In this document: piece after piece, positions 45,961 to 56,229 of the stretch
How the letters are laid out: the number at the start of each line of letters is the position of its first letter
How positions within the stretch are numbered: position 1 is the stretch's first letter
From: Myxococcales bacterium
GTDB lineage: Bacteria; Myxococcota_A; UBA9042; JABWCM01; BTVJ01
Assembly: GCA_045863395.1 (NCBI GenBank)
Contig: BTVJ01000037.1
Coordinates: 8,010-72,009 of the forward strand
Length of the DNA: 64,000 nucleotides
Reading direction: 5' to 3'
Notes under the pieces: generated by a model
The model's database searches: none
What the model was told of the DNA's origin: nothing
The model's input: the letters and a program-made list of their open reading frames with translations, nothing else
Translations under genes and position numbers: made by a program

Positions 45961-45990
45961 CTCCGGCTGTCGCGCCAGAGACCCGGGGGA

Positions 45991-48351
45991 TCAGGGCGCC
46001 CGCCTCTCTTCAGGCGGCGGGCGCACCGGCTGCCGCAGCCCCGGCACGGGCCGGGGCGCAGACAGCCTCGGGAGCGCACCTGCCCCCAACCGCAGGGGCT
46101 CGACCCCGGCAGCCTGCTCGAGCGGGCCGTAGATCGCATACAAGTAGACCATCAGGGTCCGTCGCAGCTCCCGCGCCACGTCGGGTCGCGCGACGAGCAG
46201 ATTCTCGCGCTCGTAGTAGTCCCACCTCCAGTCGTAGAGCCACGCCTCCCCGGTCAGGCGATTGAGGATGAAGTTCCACTGGTCGGTGCGTACCGAGAGG
46301 TGGCGCAGCGGGTCGTTTCCCTTCCACAGCGACTCGGTGATGTAGAACTGGTGAAACGTCACCTGGGGGCGTTGATCCTTGCCGTCGATGAGTGCGGGAA
46401 CCAAGCTGAACCCCTCAAATGGAAACTGCCCCTCGAGCCCAAGGACGTTCACGATGGTGGGCGCGATGTCCAGGGTGGTCGCGATGGCCTTGACCCGCCG
46501 GGGTTTCACGAACGGGGCGCTCACGATCATCGGCACGTGCAGAGACACCGTGTTCAGGTCCTGCCCGTAGTGCCTCTTGGCGTGCCGCGGCACGTCGAAG
46601 CCGATGCCGTGGTCCCCCGTGACGATGATCAGGACGTCCCCCGAGTAGGCCTTCTGGATGCCGTCGAGCAGGCGCCCCACCTGGCGGTCCGTGTGAGCCA
46701 GCTCGGCGTCGTAGATGTCCTGCTCCTCGGGTCCGAAGGGGCCGATGTCCGCCGGCGGGATGTGGGGAGAGTGGGGGTCGAAGTAGTGGGCCCAGAGGAA
46801 CAGCGGCTTCGTGCGCTGCTGCGCCACGATGGTCAGCGCCGCGTCGGTCACCTGCCGCGCCGTGTGGTCGTTGGTGGGCCCCCACGCCAGGGCGGGCCCC
46901 TCCTGCACGTGGTTGAACCCCTGGGTCAGCCCCTTCCACCGCGAGGTCTTGAAGTAGGACGCCGGGAGGACGGCGGCGGTGTCGTAGCCGTTGTCGCGCA
47001 GGACCTCGGCCAGCATCAGGTTCGAGGGCTCGAGCGGGTAGGGGTGCTTCCCCTCCAGGCGCCGGGCGATCTGGCTGTCCCAGCGGGACGTGAACAGCGC
47101 AGGAAAGGAGAGGCGCGTCGACGGGCCCTGCGTGAACGTGTTCTCGAACAGGACCGCGCTCTTGGTAAAGCGCTTCAGGTGGGGAGTCGTCGGGCGGTGA
47201 TACCCGAGGAGGGTGGTGTTCCGAGCGGCCAGCGTGTCGATGGTCACGATGACGATGGGGAGGCTCTCCGGGATGTGCCCGGTGACGGGGTAGCCCCACT
47301 GGCCGCGAACCTCCATGATGCCCGAGTCCAGGTCGCCGTCCGCGCAGTCTTGATCGATGCCGTCGTTGGGGATGTCGATGGCGCCTGGGTGCACCCGGGG
47401 GTCGAGGGGCTTGCAGTCTCCCCCGCCGAACATGGAGAGATAGCCGTCGCGGTCCACGTCGAGCGCCGGGCGCAGCAGGGTGAGCGCGAGGCGGCTCGCC
47501 AGCAGGCGCTCCCCGAGCACCTCGCGGGCGACCTGCGCCGAGGGCGACAGGGTGACCGCGTGGGCGCCGGACACCGCCAACAGCACCGTGAGGACTCCGG
47601 TGGCGGTCCAGCGCCACACCCGCCGCTCCAGCCTGGCCCGCAGCGACAGGGTCGCCACGACCGCGACGGCCAGGGCGACCATCGCTCGCAGCGTCGCCTC
47701 CCACGGCAGGAACGACACCACCCACCAGTTGACGATGATCACATACAGGGTCGCGGCTACGGCCAGCACGGCCAGCAGGCCGAGTGGCCCGACGGCCCGG
47801 TTGACCACGGCGCGCACACCGGGGATGCGAGACAGGAGCCCCAGCGTCGCCCCGAACAGCGCCCGAGCAAAGGGGAGCAGGAGCAGGCCAACGACCGCGA
47901 GCAGCAGATGCAGGGCGAGCACTGCCAGTGCGATGAGGTCGGGGCGCGCCCACTCGACGACGAGCCCCCGCGTCACGCCCAGGGAGACCACCGCGGCGCC
48001 AGCAAGCAGGCACAGCCCGCCGAGCACGCCGCCCGCGCGGCGGTGGTGCTCCTGCGGAGTGCCGGCCGTGAGCCAGCGCCACGCGGCTCGGGCGGCGACG
48101 CGCCCCGCCTCGTCGCCCCGCTGGGGCCCCAGGGAGACGGCCCACACGATCCCGAGACCAGAGCCCACGCCCAGGCCCGCCAGCAGAGACAGGAACAGAC
48201 CCGCCAGGGCCCCGGACGCCAGGCCCCCGGCAGGCGGTGGGTTCTCGGAGAGCGCGGCCGCCACCACGTCCGTCGCCCACTGGGCCATGGCTCCCAGCAC
48301 TGCGAAGCTCACCGCGACCGTCACGTTTCGCCGGAACGACCCCATCGTCAC
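45991..48351 (-). CDS. Membrane-anchored sulfatase-like (alkaline phosphatase superfamily) protein with MopE-related metal-binding motif
   Basis: Multi-TM N-terminus; DCKPLDPRVHPGAIDIPNDGIDQDC; TIDTL, TQGPSTRLSFPALFT, HYFDPH, TGDHG, DIAPTI. Confidence 0.85.
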   Translation of the reverse strand: MTMGSFRRNVTVAVSFAVLGAMAQWATDVVAAALSENPPPAGGLASGALAGLFLSLLAGLGVGSGLGIVWAVSLGPQRGDEAGRVAARAAWRWLTAGTPQEHHRRAGGVLGGLCLLAGAAVVSLGVTRGLVVEWARPDLIALAVLALHLLLAVVGLLLLPFARALFGATLGLLSRIPGVRAVVNRAVGPLGLLAVLAVAATLYVIIVNWWVVSFLPWEATLRAMVALAVAVVATLSLRARLERRVWRWTATGVLTVLLAVSGAHAVTLSPSAQVAREVLGERLLASRLALTLLRPALDVDRDGYLSMFGGGDCKPLDPRVHPGAIDIPNDGIDQDCADGDLDSGIMEVRGQWGYPVTGHIPESLPIVIVTIDTLAARNTTLLGYHRPTTPHLKRFTKSAVLFENTFTQGPSTRLSFPALFTSRWDSQIARRLEGKHPYPLEPSNLMLAEVLRDNGYDTAAVLPASYFKTSRWKGLTQGFNHVQEGPALAWGPTNDHTARQVTDAALTIVAQQRTKPLFLWAHYFDPHSPHIPPADIGPFGPEEQDIYDAELAHTDRQVGRLLDGIQKAYSGDVLIIVTGDHGIGFDVPRHAKRHYGQDLNTVSLHVPMIVSAPFVKPRRVKAIATTLDIAPTIVNVLGLEGQFPFEGFSLVPALIDGKDQRPQVTFHQFYITESLWKGNDPLRHLSVRTDQWNFILNRLTGEAWLYDWRWDYYERENLLVARPDVARELRRTLMVYLYAIYGPLEQAAGVEPLRLGAGALPRLSAPRPVPGLRQPVRPPPEERRAP

Positions 48352-48405
48352 CTCGCGGCCCTGCTACCACGGCCCGGCGCAGCCTTCAAGTGTGCGGGCG
48401 TCATG

Positions 48406-50112
48406 TCAGTCGAGGGGCACGAGGTGCAGCCTGTGGGCCGGTGAGGCGTCGTCAGGGAAGCGCAGCTCCAGGGCGCTGGCCCAGAGCGCCCCCTGAAAGC
48501 GTGCGACGGACGGGAACAGACCCTGGACGCCGTCGGCGAGGAGCGTCGTGGTCGTCCACCCCTCCGCCGCGCGGCGGGTGAGGCGCAGGTCACCGGTGGT
48601 CTCGTCCCCGTGCACGATGAGGGGCTGCCCCGAGGCGCTCAGGCCCAGGGCGATGCCCGCACCGACCCGGTGCCCCCCGCCGTCGTCCGCCACCTGCACG
48701 ACGCCCGCCCCGTCGGAGGGGCCGGAGTAGTAGCGCAGGGCCCGGTCCGTGGCGTCCTGGTACGCGATGGCCACCGCGCCGCTCGGCAGCAGGGCGAGGG
48801 TGGCGAAGGCGCCGACCCGACCCGTGGAGGCTCCCTGGGCCGCCGCGTCTGCCGCACCGTCGATGAGCGCGACGGTCGGCGCACCGCTCAGCGGCGCTCG
48901 GGCGAGCTTGAGCGAGCCTGAGAGCGAGTCGTGAAAGGCGATGAGCGTGTTCGCCGCGTCATCCACGGCCATGGAGGGAAACAGCCCCACGCCGCGTCCT
49001 GGCGCCGCGAAGGCCTCCCAGTCGTCATCCGGCGGGACCACCCCCTGCGCCACGATACGAACGGCGCCCCAGTCATCGGGGGCTCCGGGGTTGGCGCGCG
49101 CGGCCACCCACAGGCCGAGGCCCGTGAGGCGCCCCCCCTCCGCAGGGCCCAGGTCCGCGAGGAGCGAGGCGACCCGGGGCACACCCGCCGGGTCGGAGGC
49201 GACGGCAAGGTGAGTGCCCGGGTCCCCGTCCGTGGCGAGGGTGTAGGCCACGGCCGCGTAGCCCTTGTCGGGCTTGACGACGGCGAAGCGAAGCGCCCGC
49301 TGCGCCTCGTCCCGGTAGGCCAGGTACAGGAAGGACCCGTGTCCCGCGGCCTGGAGCCACGCACCCACATCCGGTCCGGGCTCCGCCAGGCCATGGCGCG
49401 GCCCCAGGGGATCTCCCTCGACCGGCGCACCAGCGGGAAGCCCATCGATGACAAGCGGCCCCTCGGTGCGCGCCGCGCCGCCCTCGACCTCCCACCGCGA
49501 GACGACGACGTCCCCCCATGCGGCGTCGTAGGAGGCGTGGAGCAGCATCGGCCCCAAGGCGACCAGGCCGCCCCAGAACCCGGCCAGCCCCTCGGACACG
49601 GGCGGCAGGGGAGCGCACGCGCAGGTGTCTGGTGGGACGCAACCAGGGCCCGCGGACAGCGGCCCCGTCGTGACGCGGATGGTGCCGGGCTCGCAGGGGA
49701 GGGCGCAGTACCCGACCGCCTCGACGCACCGCCCGACGTCCGCCATGCAGGCGTCCGCAGGACCACACCCGGCGCACGGGAGGCCCTTGGCGCACACGCC
49801 GGCCACGCATCGCGCCGGCGCGTCGCAGTCTGTGTCCGCGGCGCACGCGGGGGGGGCGCAGGCGCCTCCCCGACAGACCTTCCCGGGGCAGTCTCCGTCC
49901 GTGGCGCAGGCGGGAGTGGGTTCGCAGTGCCCGTTGAAGCAGGTCAGGCCGGGGCAGCAGTCCCGGTCCTGGACGCAGGACGTGGCCACGATGCACACGC
50001 CGCTGGTCCCGCAGGTCCAACCGGGCGGGCACTCGGCGCGGTGGGCGCAGGCGACGGGCGGTGGGTCGGGGGCCTGGCAGCCGACGAGGAGGAGCAGCAA
50101 CGCAGCGCGCAT
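48406..50112 (-). CDS. Lipoprotein with Cys-rich N-terminal repeats and beta-propeller-like C-terminus
   Basis: MRAALLLLLVGC lipobox; CAHRAECPPGWTC, CVQDRDCCPG, CATDGDC, CAADTDC; repeated IAY.D...LR blades; TGATG overlap with the upstream gene. Confidence 0.75.
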   Translation of the reverse strand: MRAALLLLLVGCQAPDPPPVACAHRAECPPGWTCGTSGVCIVATSCVQDRDCCPGLTCFNGHCEPTPACATDGDCPGKVCRGGACAPPACAADTDCDAPARCVAGVCAKGLPCAGCGPADACMADVGRCVEAVGYCALPCEPGTIRVTTGPLSAGPGCVPPDTCACAPLPPVSEGLAGFWGGLVALGPMLLHASYDAAWGDVVVSRWEVEGGAARTEGPLVIDGLPAGAPVEGDPLGPRHGLAEPGPDVGAWLQAAGHGSFLYLAYRDEAQRALRFAVVKPDKGYAAVAYTLATDGDPGTHLAVASDPAGVPRVASLLADLGPAEGGRLTGLGLWVAARANPGAPDDWGAVRIVAQGVVPPDDDWEAFAAPGRGVGLFPSMAVDDAANTLIAFHDSLSGSLKLARAPLSGAPTVALIDGAADAAAQGASTGRVGAFATLALLPSGAVAIAYQDATDRALRYYSGPSDGAGVVQVADDGGGHRVGAGIALGLSASGQPLIVHGDETTGDLRLTRRAAEGWTTTTLLADGVQGLFPSVARFQGALWASALELRFPDDASPAHRLHLVPLD

Positions 50113-52391
50113 CACGCCCTGCGCCGCAGCAGGAGCGCGACCACGAGCAGCGACAGCAGCCCGCCCGACGCTCCAGCGGAGCAGCCCCCCGGGGCGGCAG
50201 CGATGGCAGGCTCCGCGGGCGGGGTCGGCACCAGGCCGTCGCTCCCCGTGACCACCCGGACCTCCGCGGGGCTCTCGTCCAACGTCCGCCAGGCGCCGGG
50301 GAGCCGCCCCCGGACCTCGACGAGGTGCTCCCCGGGCAGCGCGAGCAGCGGGTGGGCCACGCGCACCGCGCTCGCCTGCGCGAAGGGGCGCCAGAGGGTC
50401 CCGTCCACCCGCCACTGGGTCTCTGTGAGCGGATCCACGGCGAGGGTCACCGCGCCGTCGCCGCCCGCGATCACCGAGGCCGTCGTCTCCACCGAGGCCG
50501 TGAGCGCGCCTTCGGCCTTCGGGTGCAGCGACAGAACCAGCGCGATCCAGTCCTTGAGGGGGCCGTCGGGCGCGATGCCCTCGACGGCGGCGCTCAGCGG
50601 CAGGTTGATCGCGCCCTCGATGAGGGGGCCGAGGTCAGCCTCGAGCGACAGAGGCTGGCCGAGCAGCAGCGTCATCGCGAGCTCCACCACCACGGGGACG
50701 ATGCGCCCGAGCTCCGCCGTCGGCAGGAGCTCGTTGTAGGTCTCCCGAACCTCCGTAACCCCCACCCGGTCGAGGGTCAGGGTCAGCACGTTGGGCCCCA
50801 CCACCACCACGGAGGCCTCCACCTCCACGTCCGCGTCGATCTCGAACACCCGCACCCACCGCTCCGCCACCAGGACGTACAGCGAGATGCCCGCTCCGGG
50901 GAGCACCACCCGCATCAGGCTCTGGTGCCCGTCCACGGCCGGGGGTGACAGGGTGGTCACCGGGAACGAGCCCGCCGTCAGGTGCGGCTCCAGGGTGAGG
51001 AGCAGGGGAGCCCGGTCCCCGGCGAGCCCGCGGAGCCCGGGCAGGAGCAGGTCGATGGCGCCGGACGTCAGGGTCAAGCCCGTCAACCGGCGGACGGTCT
51101 GGCTGTCGATCTGGAGGCACAGGACGCCGGTGGCCGCCGCTGCCCAGACCGCCTCGTCCACCAGCGCCTGGGGCACCGCCGCCCCCACGTGGTAGGCCCC
51201 GGACCCCTGGAAGGCCGGCGCAGGCCCGCGCGTCCACGACGCGAAGTCTGGTGGCGGCCCCATGGCTGCTGCACAGGGGTGGACCTCGGCGGCCTCGACT
51301 CCACCGTCGAGCGTCACGTTGAGGCCCCCCGCGAGCACCGCGAACGCGGCGGGGGCGGGCGCAAACGAGAACGCGAGGTCCCGCACCGACGGGAACACCT
51401 CGCCGAGCCCGGCCGCCACGCTCGCGAGGAGGTCCAGCAGCGGGAGCCTCCCGCCGATGCGCAAGGGCTGGCCGTTCAGATCGCTCGACAGCACGTTGGC
51501 GACCAGCTCGTTGGCGATGCCGAGCAGCGCCGGCTCGAGCTGCTCCTGGAGGGAGGCGACCAGGGTGTCCAGGTTGCCCTCCTCGAAGTTCAGGATGCAG
51601 ACGGCCTCGCACTCGAAGCAGGGCTGGGTGTCGCCGTCCTGGCACTCGGGCGCCGTGGCGCACGCGGGCTCCGTGCGGAAGGCGGGCGGCTCGAGGGTGA
51701 AGCTGACAAGCTCCGCGCCCACCTGGAGCTTGCCTTCGAGGTCCGTGTCCAGCGCCACGTCGATGACCACGTCGGCGCCCGCCATATAAGTGGGACCGCC
51801 GTCCTCCCCGCCCTTCTGGTCGATCACCTCGCACGCCAGGTCGACGTCGGCCCTCGCGGTGCCCCCTTGCCCGCCCTTGAACGTGGCGCTGCCCGCGATG
51901 CGGCCGCTGGCGACCCCGATGCGCCCACCGCTGATCGAGATGCGGATGCGCGCCGGAACGGGGGGGTCATCGACCAGCTCGACCTTCAGAGCGTCCCAGT
52001 CCAGCGAGAGCACCATGTTCTGGAACCAGAGCTTCGCCTGCACCTCGATGAGGTCCGGGATCCCGAGCTCCGGCAGCACGATGGGCTCCGACAGGAACTG
52101 GTCGAGGGGGATGAGGATGCGGCCGTGCTCGTCCTGCTCGAAGACCAGCGTGATCAGGTCGCGAATGCGCTCTGCGACCAGGTCGAAGCCGCTCTGGGTC
52201 AGCCGCACGCGGACGGCCGGGGCGACGAGCGCCGTGGGAGCCAGGTCCCAGGTGCCGCCGATCAGGTCGTCAACCGTCCCCTGGAGGCCGCCCTGGCACC
52301 CTCCGAGCGACAGGTCACCCGGGGTGCACCCGGAGATCACGGCGACGAGGAGCGCGGCGGCCAGCGGTCGATGGGGTCGGGGCGACGACAT
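50112..52391 (-). CDS. MYXO-CTERM protein with N-terminal lipobox, possibly BPI/LBP-like fold
   Basis: VISGC lipobox; VRVRLTQSGFDLV; C-terminal GGCSAG + hydrophobic helix + RRRA. Confidence 0.7.
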   Translation of the reverse strand: MSSPRPHRPLAAALLVAVISGCTPGDLSLGGCQGGLQGTVDDLIGGTWDLAPTALVAPAVRVRLTQSGFDLVAERIRDLITLVFEQDEHGRILIPLDQFLSEPIVLPELGIPDLIEVQAKLWFQNMVLSLDWDALKVELVDDPPVPARIRISISGGRIGVASGRIAGSATFKGGQGGTARADVDLACEVIDQKGGEDGGPTYMAGADVVIDVALDTDLEGKLQVGAELVSFTLEPPAFRTEPACATAPECQDGDTQPCFECEAVCILNFEEGNLDTLVASLQEQLEPALLGIANELVANVLSSDLNGQPLRIGGRLPLLDLLASVAAGLGEVFPSVRDLAFSFAPAPAAFAVLAGGLNVTLDGGVEAAEVHPCAAAMGPPPDFASWTRGPAPAFQGSGAYHVGAAVPQALVDEAVWAAAATGVLCLQIDSQTVRRLTGLTLTSGAIDLLLPGLRGLAGDRAPLLLTLEPHLTAGSFPVTTLSPPAVDGHQSLMRVVLPGAGISLYVLVAERWVRVFEIDADVEVEASVVVVGPNVLTLTLDRVGVTEVRETYNELLPTAELGRIVPVVVELAMTLLLGQPLSLEADLGPLIEGAINLPLSAAVEGIAPDGPLKDWIALVLSLHPKAEGALTASVETTASVIAGGDGAVTLAVDPLTETQWRVDGTLWRPFAQASAVRVAHPLLALPGEHLVEVRGRLPGAWRTLDESPAEVRVVTGSDGLVPTPPAEPAIAAAPGGCSAGASGGLLSLLVVALLLRRRA

Positions 52392-52450
52392 GGGGTGGCA
52401 ATCTACCACATTCGGGGTGCAGCGCGGGCGGCTGGATGTTCAGCGGGAGC

Positions 52451-53323
52451 TCAGTCCGAGACCCGGTTCCGGCCTGCGCGCTTCGCCGCGTACAGGTGCT
52501 CGTCGGCCTCCCGGACCAGGTCCGACGGGCGCAGCATCGCCTCTCCGAGCACGCCCACGCCCAGGCTGATCGTAATCTTGAGCTTGTTGCCCTCGAACTC
52601 GAAGTCGTGCTCCTCGACGGTCTTGCGCACGATCTCCGCGAAGTCGCGTGCCCCTTTGCGGTCCGTCTCCGGCAGGACGATGGCGAACTCCTCACCCCCG
52701 TAGCGCGCGAACACCTCCTCCCGCCGGATCCGGTTCTTGAGGATGGTCGCGACCTCCTTCAGGACGTAGTCGCCGGTCAGGTGTCCGTACTTGTCGTTGG
52801 TGGCCTTGAAGTGATCCAGATCGAACATGATCACCGCGAGGGCGCGGGTGTAGCGCTTGGCCCGGCTGAACTCACGCTCCAGCGCCTCGAGCAGGTAGCG
52901 CTTGTTGTGGATCTGCGTGAGCCCGTCGTGGATGGTCATGCGGTAGATCTCCTCGTGGTAGGCGCTCTCGATGTTGCGCCCCGCGAGGAACTTGAAGATG
53001 GTGTCGCCGATCTTGACCAGATCGCCGCTGGTCAGCCGCGCCCGCACCGTCGGCCGGTCATTGAGATAGGTGCCGTTGGTGCTGTCCAGGTCGATCAGCC
53101 ACTTCTCGCCCTTCCAGGACTCGACCCGAGCGTGGCGCCGGGAGACGCTGTCCGTGTTCAGGACGATGGTGCTGTCCGGGTCGCGGCCCACCGTGACCAC
53201 CTCCACCCCCAGGTCATGCTTGGAGCCGATGTTGGCGCCGTAGATCTCTACGAAGCACTCCCCCCCTTCGATGGGCAGGTCGACGATTCGCTTGGTGGTC
53301 GTGATGCGTGTCTTGGCGTCCAC
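52451..53323 (-). CDS. FHA-domain diguanylate cyclase
   Basis: FHA: VGRD, VSRRHA, DLDSTNGTYLN; GGDEF: DGLTQIHNKR, DLDHFKATND, ARYGGEEF. Confidence 0.95.
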   Translation of the reverse strand: MDAKTRITTTKRIVDLPIEGGECFVEIYGANIGSKHDLGVEVVTVGRDPDSTIVLNTDSVSRRHARVESWKGEKWLIDLDSTNGTYLNDRPTVRARLTSGDLVKIGDTIFKFLAGRNIESAYHEEIYRMTIHDGLTQIHNKRYLLEALEREFSRAKRYTRALAVIMFDLDHFKATNDKYGHLTGDYVLKEVATILKNRIRREEVFARYGGEEFAIVLPETDRKGARDFAEIVRKTVEEHDFEFEGNKLKITISLGVGVLGEAMLRPSDLVREADEHLYAAKRAGRNRVSD

Positions 53324-53464
53324 AGGGGCTCCGTCCCGTCACTTCGCAGCCCCCGTGGAGCGAGGGTGGTGCCTTCGATCCTTCCGTGGCGCGGCTGATC
53401 CGGTGTCAGGCTGCAACTATACATGGGTCGACGGTTGGCGCAACCCAGCCATCGAGATCCAATG

Positions 53465-55168
53465 TTACCGCGGGGTTGCGTTGCCTGCGTCAGAGGGGGC
53501 CCCCGGAGCGATGGCGTAGATGGAGGCGACCGGAACCCCGAGCGCCGTGATCACGTGCTCCGGCCTCTGCTCCCGGACCGCGGCCGCGGCCACGGGCCAC
53601 TCGGGGCTCTCGGGCGCCCACAGGAGCACCAGGTGGTCCGCCGACTCCGGCGCTGCCAGGCGCACCTGGTGGCGGAGGACGCCCTCCGCGTGCAGCCGTC
53701 GGACCACTCGCTCCATCTGGTCGCGCCGAGGCAGCAGCGCGACCGACTCACCGTCCGGGACGGCGGCCAGCCAGGCGATCACCGGGCGCGGCAGCCAGGC
53801 GTCGCTCGCGAGCTGCTCGCCGTCCCGCGCCGCCCCCGCGGCGCTCCCCCCGAGCGCGCCGGCCCACACGACCCCGTCGGCTCCCGCCTGGACCGTCTGC
53901 ACGAGGCCCGGGCCCGCAAGGATGGCGATGGACGCGGCCATCAGCGCAGCACGTCGCCCGGGAGCGCTCGCCGCGACGGCGCGAACGGCAGCGACGAGGC
54001 CCAGGGCGCCCAGCAGGGCGGCAAAGGGGGCGAGGGGGAGCAGGCGATCGACGCCCTTGTAGTAGAGCGGTGTCCCGTTGGTGCCGCACAGCACCAGGAC
54101 CGTGACGCCCAGCAAGGTGGGAAGCAGCAGCTCCACGGTCGCGGCGCGCTCCCCGCGGCTCCGCCACCGCCAGACGTCCCGGGCCAGCACGGCCGCTCCG
54201 CCCAGCGCGAGGACCACCACGGCCACGGGCAGGTGCTCGACCAGCCACCACAGGGAGGCCCCGAAGGGCGCGTCCGGGCCCGCCGCGCTCCAGCGAATGC
54301 CCCCGTGGAGCACCGGCTCCGGCGCCGCCGACAGGGGATCGAGCAGGTACTTCACGAGGAGCTTCCCCACGTCGCCACGTGCGAGGGGCCAGGCAGCGAG
54401 GGCGATGAGCGGACCGGCCGCGAGCACCAGCAGGACGTGTGGCGGCCATGCGCCCATCGTCACGAGCCCCCGCGCGCCAGCCCGCGGGCTCGTCGCGTCG
54501 TCGCCCCCACCAAGGAGCGGAGTGGTCGGTCGCTCGGCCGGCAACGCGACGTGCGCGTACACGAGCAGAGGGACGAGCAGGAACACCCCCTGGCCGTCCG
54601 CGGCGAAGGCGACCGCCAAGGCCAGCGCAGCGGGCACGGCCCACCGGCGGCGCTCCACTGCCGGCGCGAAGCACAGCGCCAGGGCGACCCAGGCGAGCGC
54701 GATCACCGGCTCTGCGGACGCGGTGATCGCCGTGGCGCCGAAGCGGGGCATGCCGGCCAGAAGCAGCCCTGCCGCCACGCCGCCCCACGGACCGAGGGCT
54801 CGCCACCCGATGGCCACGGTCAAGGCCAGCGCCAGCGCGGCGCAGGCCAGGCCGCCCAGGGCCACCGCCTCGAAGGGACCGCGCCCGCTCGACAGCGCCG
54901 CCCAGGAGGCGCCGTGCACGAGCTTGACCAGCGGCGCGTGGTGGTCGTGCAGAGACCACGCCGCCATGGCGCCCGGCTGCTCGGGGTCGCCTCGAAGCCA
55001 TCGGCCTGCACGCGTCGCGCCCTCCACGTAGGCCTGCCCCTCGTGCGTGACCGGGGCGTCGGGCAGGGCGCTCGCCCAGAGGGTCGTCGCGAGGACCACC
55101 AAGCCGAGGGGGACGAGCAGCCACGGCGCCCGCGCCAGGAGCTGCGTCGGTCTGGGCAGCCTGCTCAC
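53465..55168 (-). CDS. GT39/ArnT-like (GT-C) membrane glycosyltransferase
   Basis: Polytopic; THEGQAY, HAPLVK, MPRF, YYKGVDRLLP. Divergent, so the assignment is tentative. Confidence 0.6.
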   Translation of the reverse strand: MSRLPRPTQLLARAPWLLVPLGLVVLATTLWASALPDAPVTHEGQAYVEGATRAGRWLRGDPEQPGAMAAWSLHDHHAPLVKLVHGASWAALSSGRGPFEAVALGGLACAALALALTVAIGWRALGPWGGVAAGLLLAGMPRFGATAITASAEPVIALAWVALALCFAPAVERRRWAVPAALALAVAFAADGQGVFLLVPLLVYAHVALPAERPTTPLLGGGDDATSPRAGARGLVTMGAWPPHVLLVLAAGPLIALAAWPLARGDVGKLLVKYLLDPLSAAPEPVLHGGIRWSAAGPDAPFGASLWWLVEHLPVAVVVLALGGAAVLARDVWRWRSRGERAATVELLLPTLLGVTVLVLCGTNGTPLYYKGVDRLLPLAPFAALLGALGLVAAVRAVAASAPGRRAALMAASIAILAGPGLVQTVQAGADGVVWAGALGGSAAGAARDGEQLASDAWLPRPVIAWLAAVPDGESVALLPRRDQMERVVRRLHAEGVLRHQVRLAAPESADHLVLLWAPESPEWPVAAAAVREQRPEHVITALGVPVASIYAIAPGAPSDAGNATPR

Positions 55169-56043
55169 GGTGCTCCCTCTCCGGCCGGAGCCTGCTCCAC
55201 GACCGGGTCGATGCACACCTGGCGCCACCGGGAGCTCTCCGCGCTCACCTCGATGACCACCGTCCCCACGCCTGCGCGGGTCGGGACCTCCAGCGGGGTG
55301 ACCACGGGCGTGCGTCCGGGCAGCGTAGCGCCCCCGGCGCGCTCGCCGTCGACCGTCACTGCGATGTGCACGTCTGCGCCCGCGCCCGTGCCATCCACCA
55401 GGGCCGCGCTCCCTCGGAGCGCCCGCCCCAGCGAGACCCGCGGGAAGGTGAGGCGCACGGCCAGGCCCTCCTGCGGGTGCGCCCAGATGCACGACACGAG
55501 GCTGCCCCCTACCCGGGCCACGGCGCGCCCCACCTGCATCCAGCCGTCGGGGCCGCAGCGGTGGCGGCTCCCGGTCCACGGTGTGCACGGGATCGGCGGG
55601 CCCTCCGGTGGCACCAGCTCCACGGTGGCCTCAGCCAGGCGGTCGAGCAGGCGCTCGCCAGCGACGAAGGGGCCGTCGATGGGCAATAGGCTCAGCCCGT
55701 CATGCTCAGGCCCGGGCGCGACCTCGGGGCGCCAGGCCCCCTCCGAGGGCGGGGTCGACAGGTCGGCGAGGGCGACGGCTCGATAGCGCCCGGCGAGGGC
55801 GCCTCGGTGCGGCGGTGGCGCGGGCATCACGGGGAGCGCGTCCAGCTCGGTGCCCAGGCCCAGGAGGGTAGGGCGCACGACCCCGAGCTCCCCCGGCCTC
55901 AGGGAACCCTTCAGCGCAGCCGCAAGCGCGGTCGCCTCTGTCGGATCTCCTGCGGGCCGGTTTGCGCGAGCGGCCTCGACCCACCCCCACGCGGCCGCGA
56001 CGATGAGGAGAGCCGCGCCAGCCGATCGCACGCCAATGTCCAT
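55165..56043 (-). CDS. Hypothetical exported protein with C-terminal beta-sandwich
   Basis: N-terminal hydrophobic helix; CIWAHP and WRQVCID segments; overlaps the start of the GT39-like gene. Confidence 0.6.
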   Translation of the reverse strand: MDIGVRSAGAALLIVAAAWGWVEAARANRPAGDPTEATALAAALKGSLRPGELGVVRPTLLGLGTELDALPVMPAPPPHRGALAGRYRAVALADLSTPPSEGAWRPEVAPGPEHDGLSLLPIDGPFVAGERLLDRLAEATVELVPPEGPPIPCTPWTGSRHRCGPDGWMQVGRAVARVGGSLVSCIWAHPQEGLAVRLTFPRVSLGRALRGSAALVDGTGAGADVHIAVTVDGERAGGATLPGRTPVVTPLEVPTRAGVGTVVIEVSAESSRWRQVCIDPVVEQAPAGEGAP

Positions 56044-56229
56044 GGGCCGCAACGGGTAGCACGCGCTCGGTGTGGGGTCAAGCGTCCGCGCCTCGCTCCC
56101 GGATCGTCGGGTTGCGGGAGTCTCCACGCTCCAGTCCGATGGATCCTCTTGCGGTTTGTGGACTGAAGCGGTACATCCTCGATTGGTCACTGTCCGCGCG
56201 CACGGCGCGGTCGTGCGCGCGGAGAGTCC

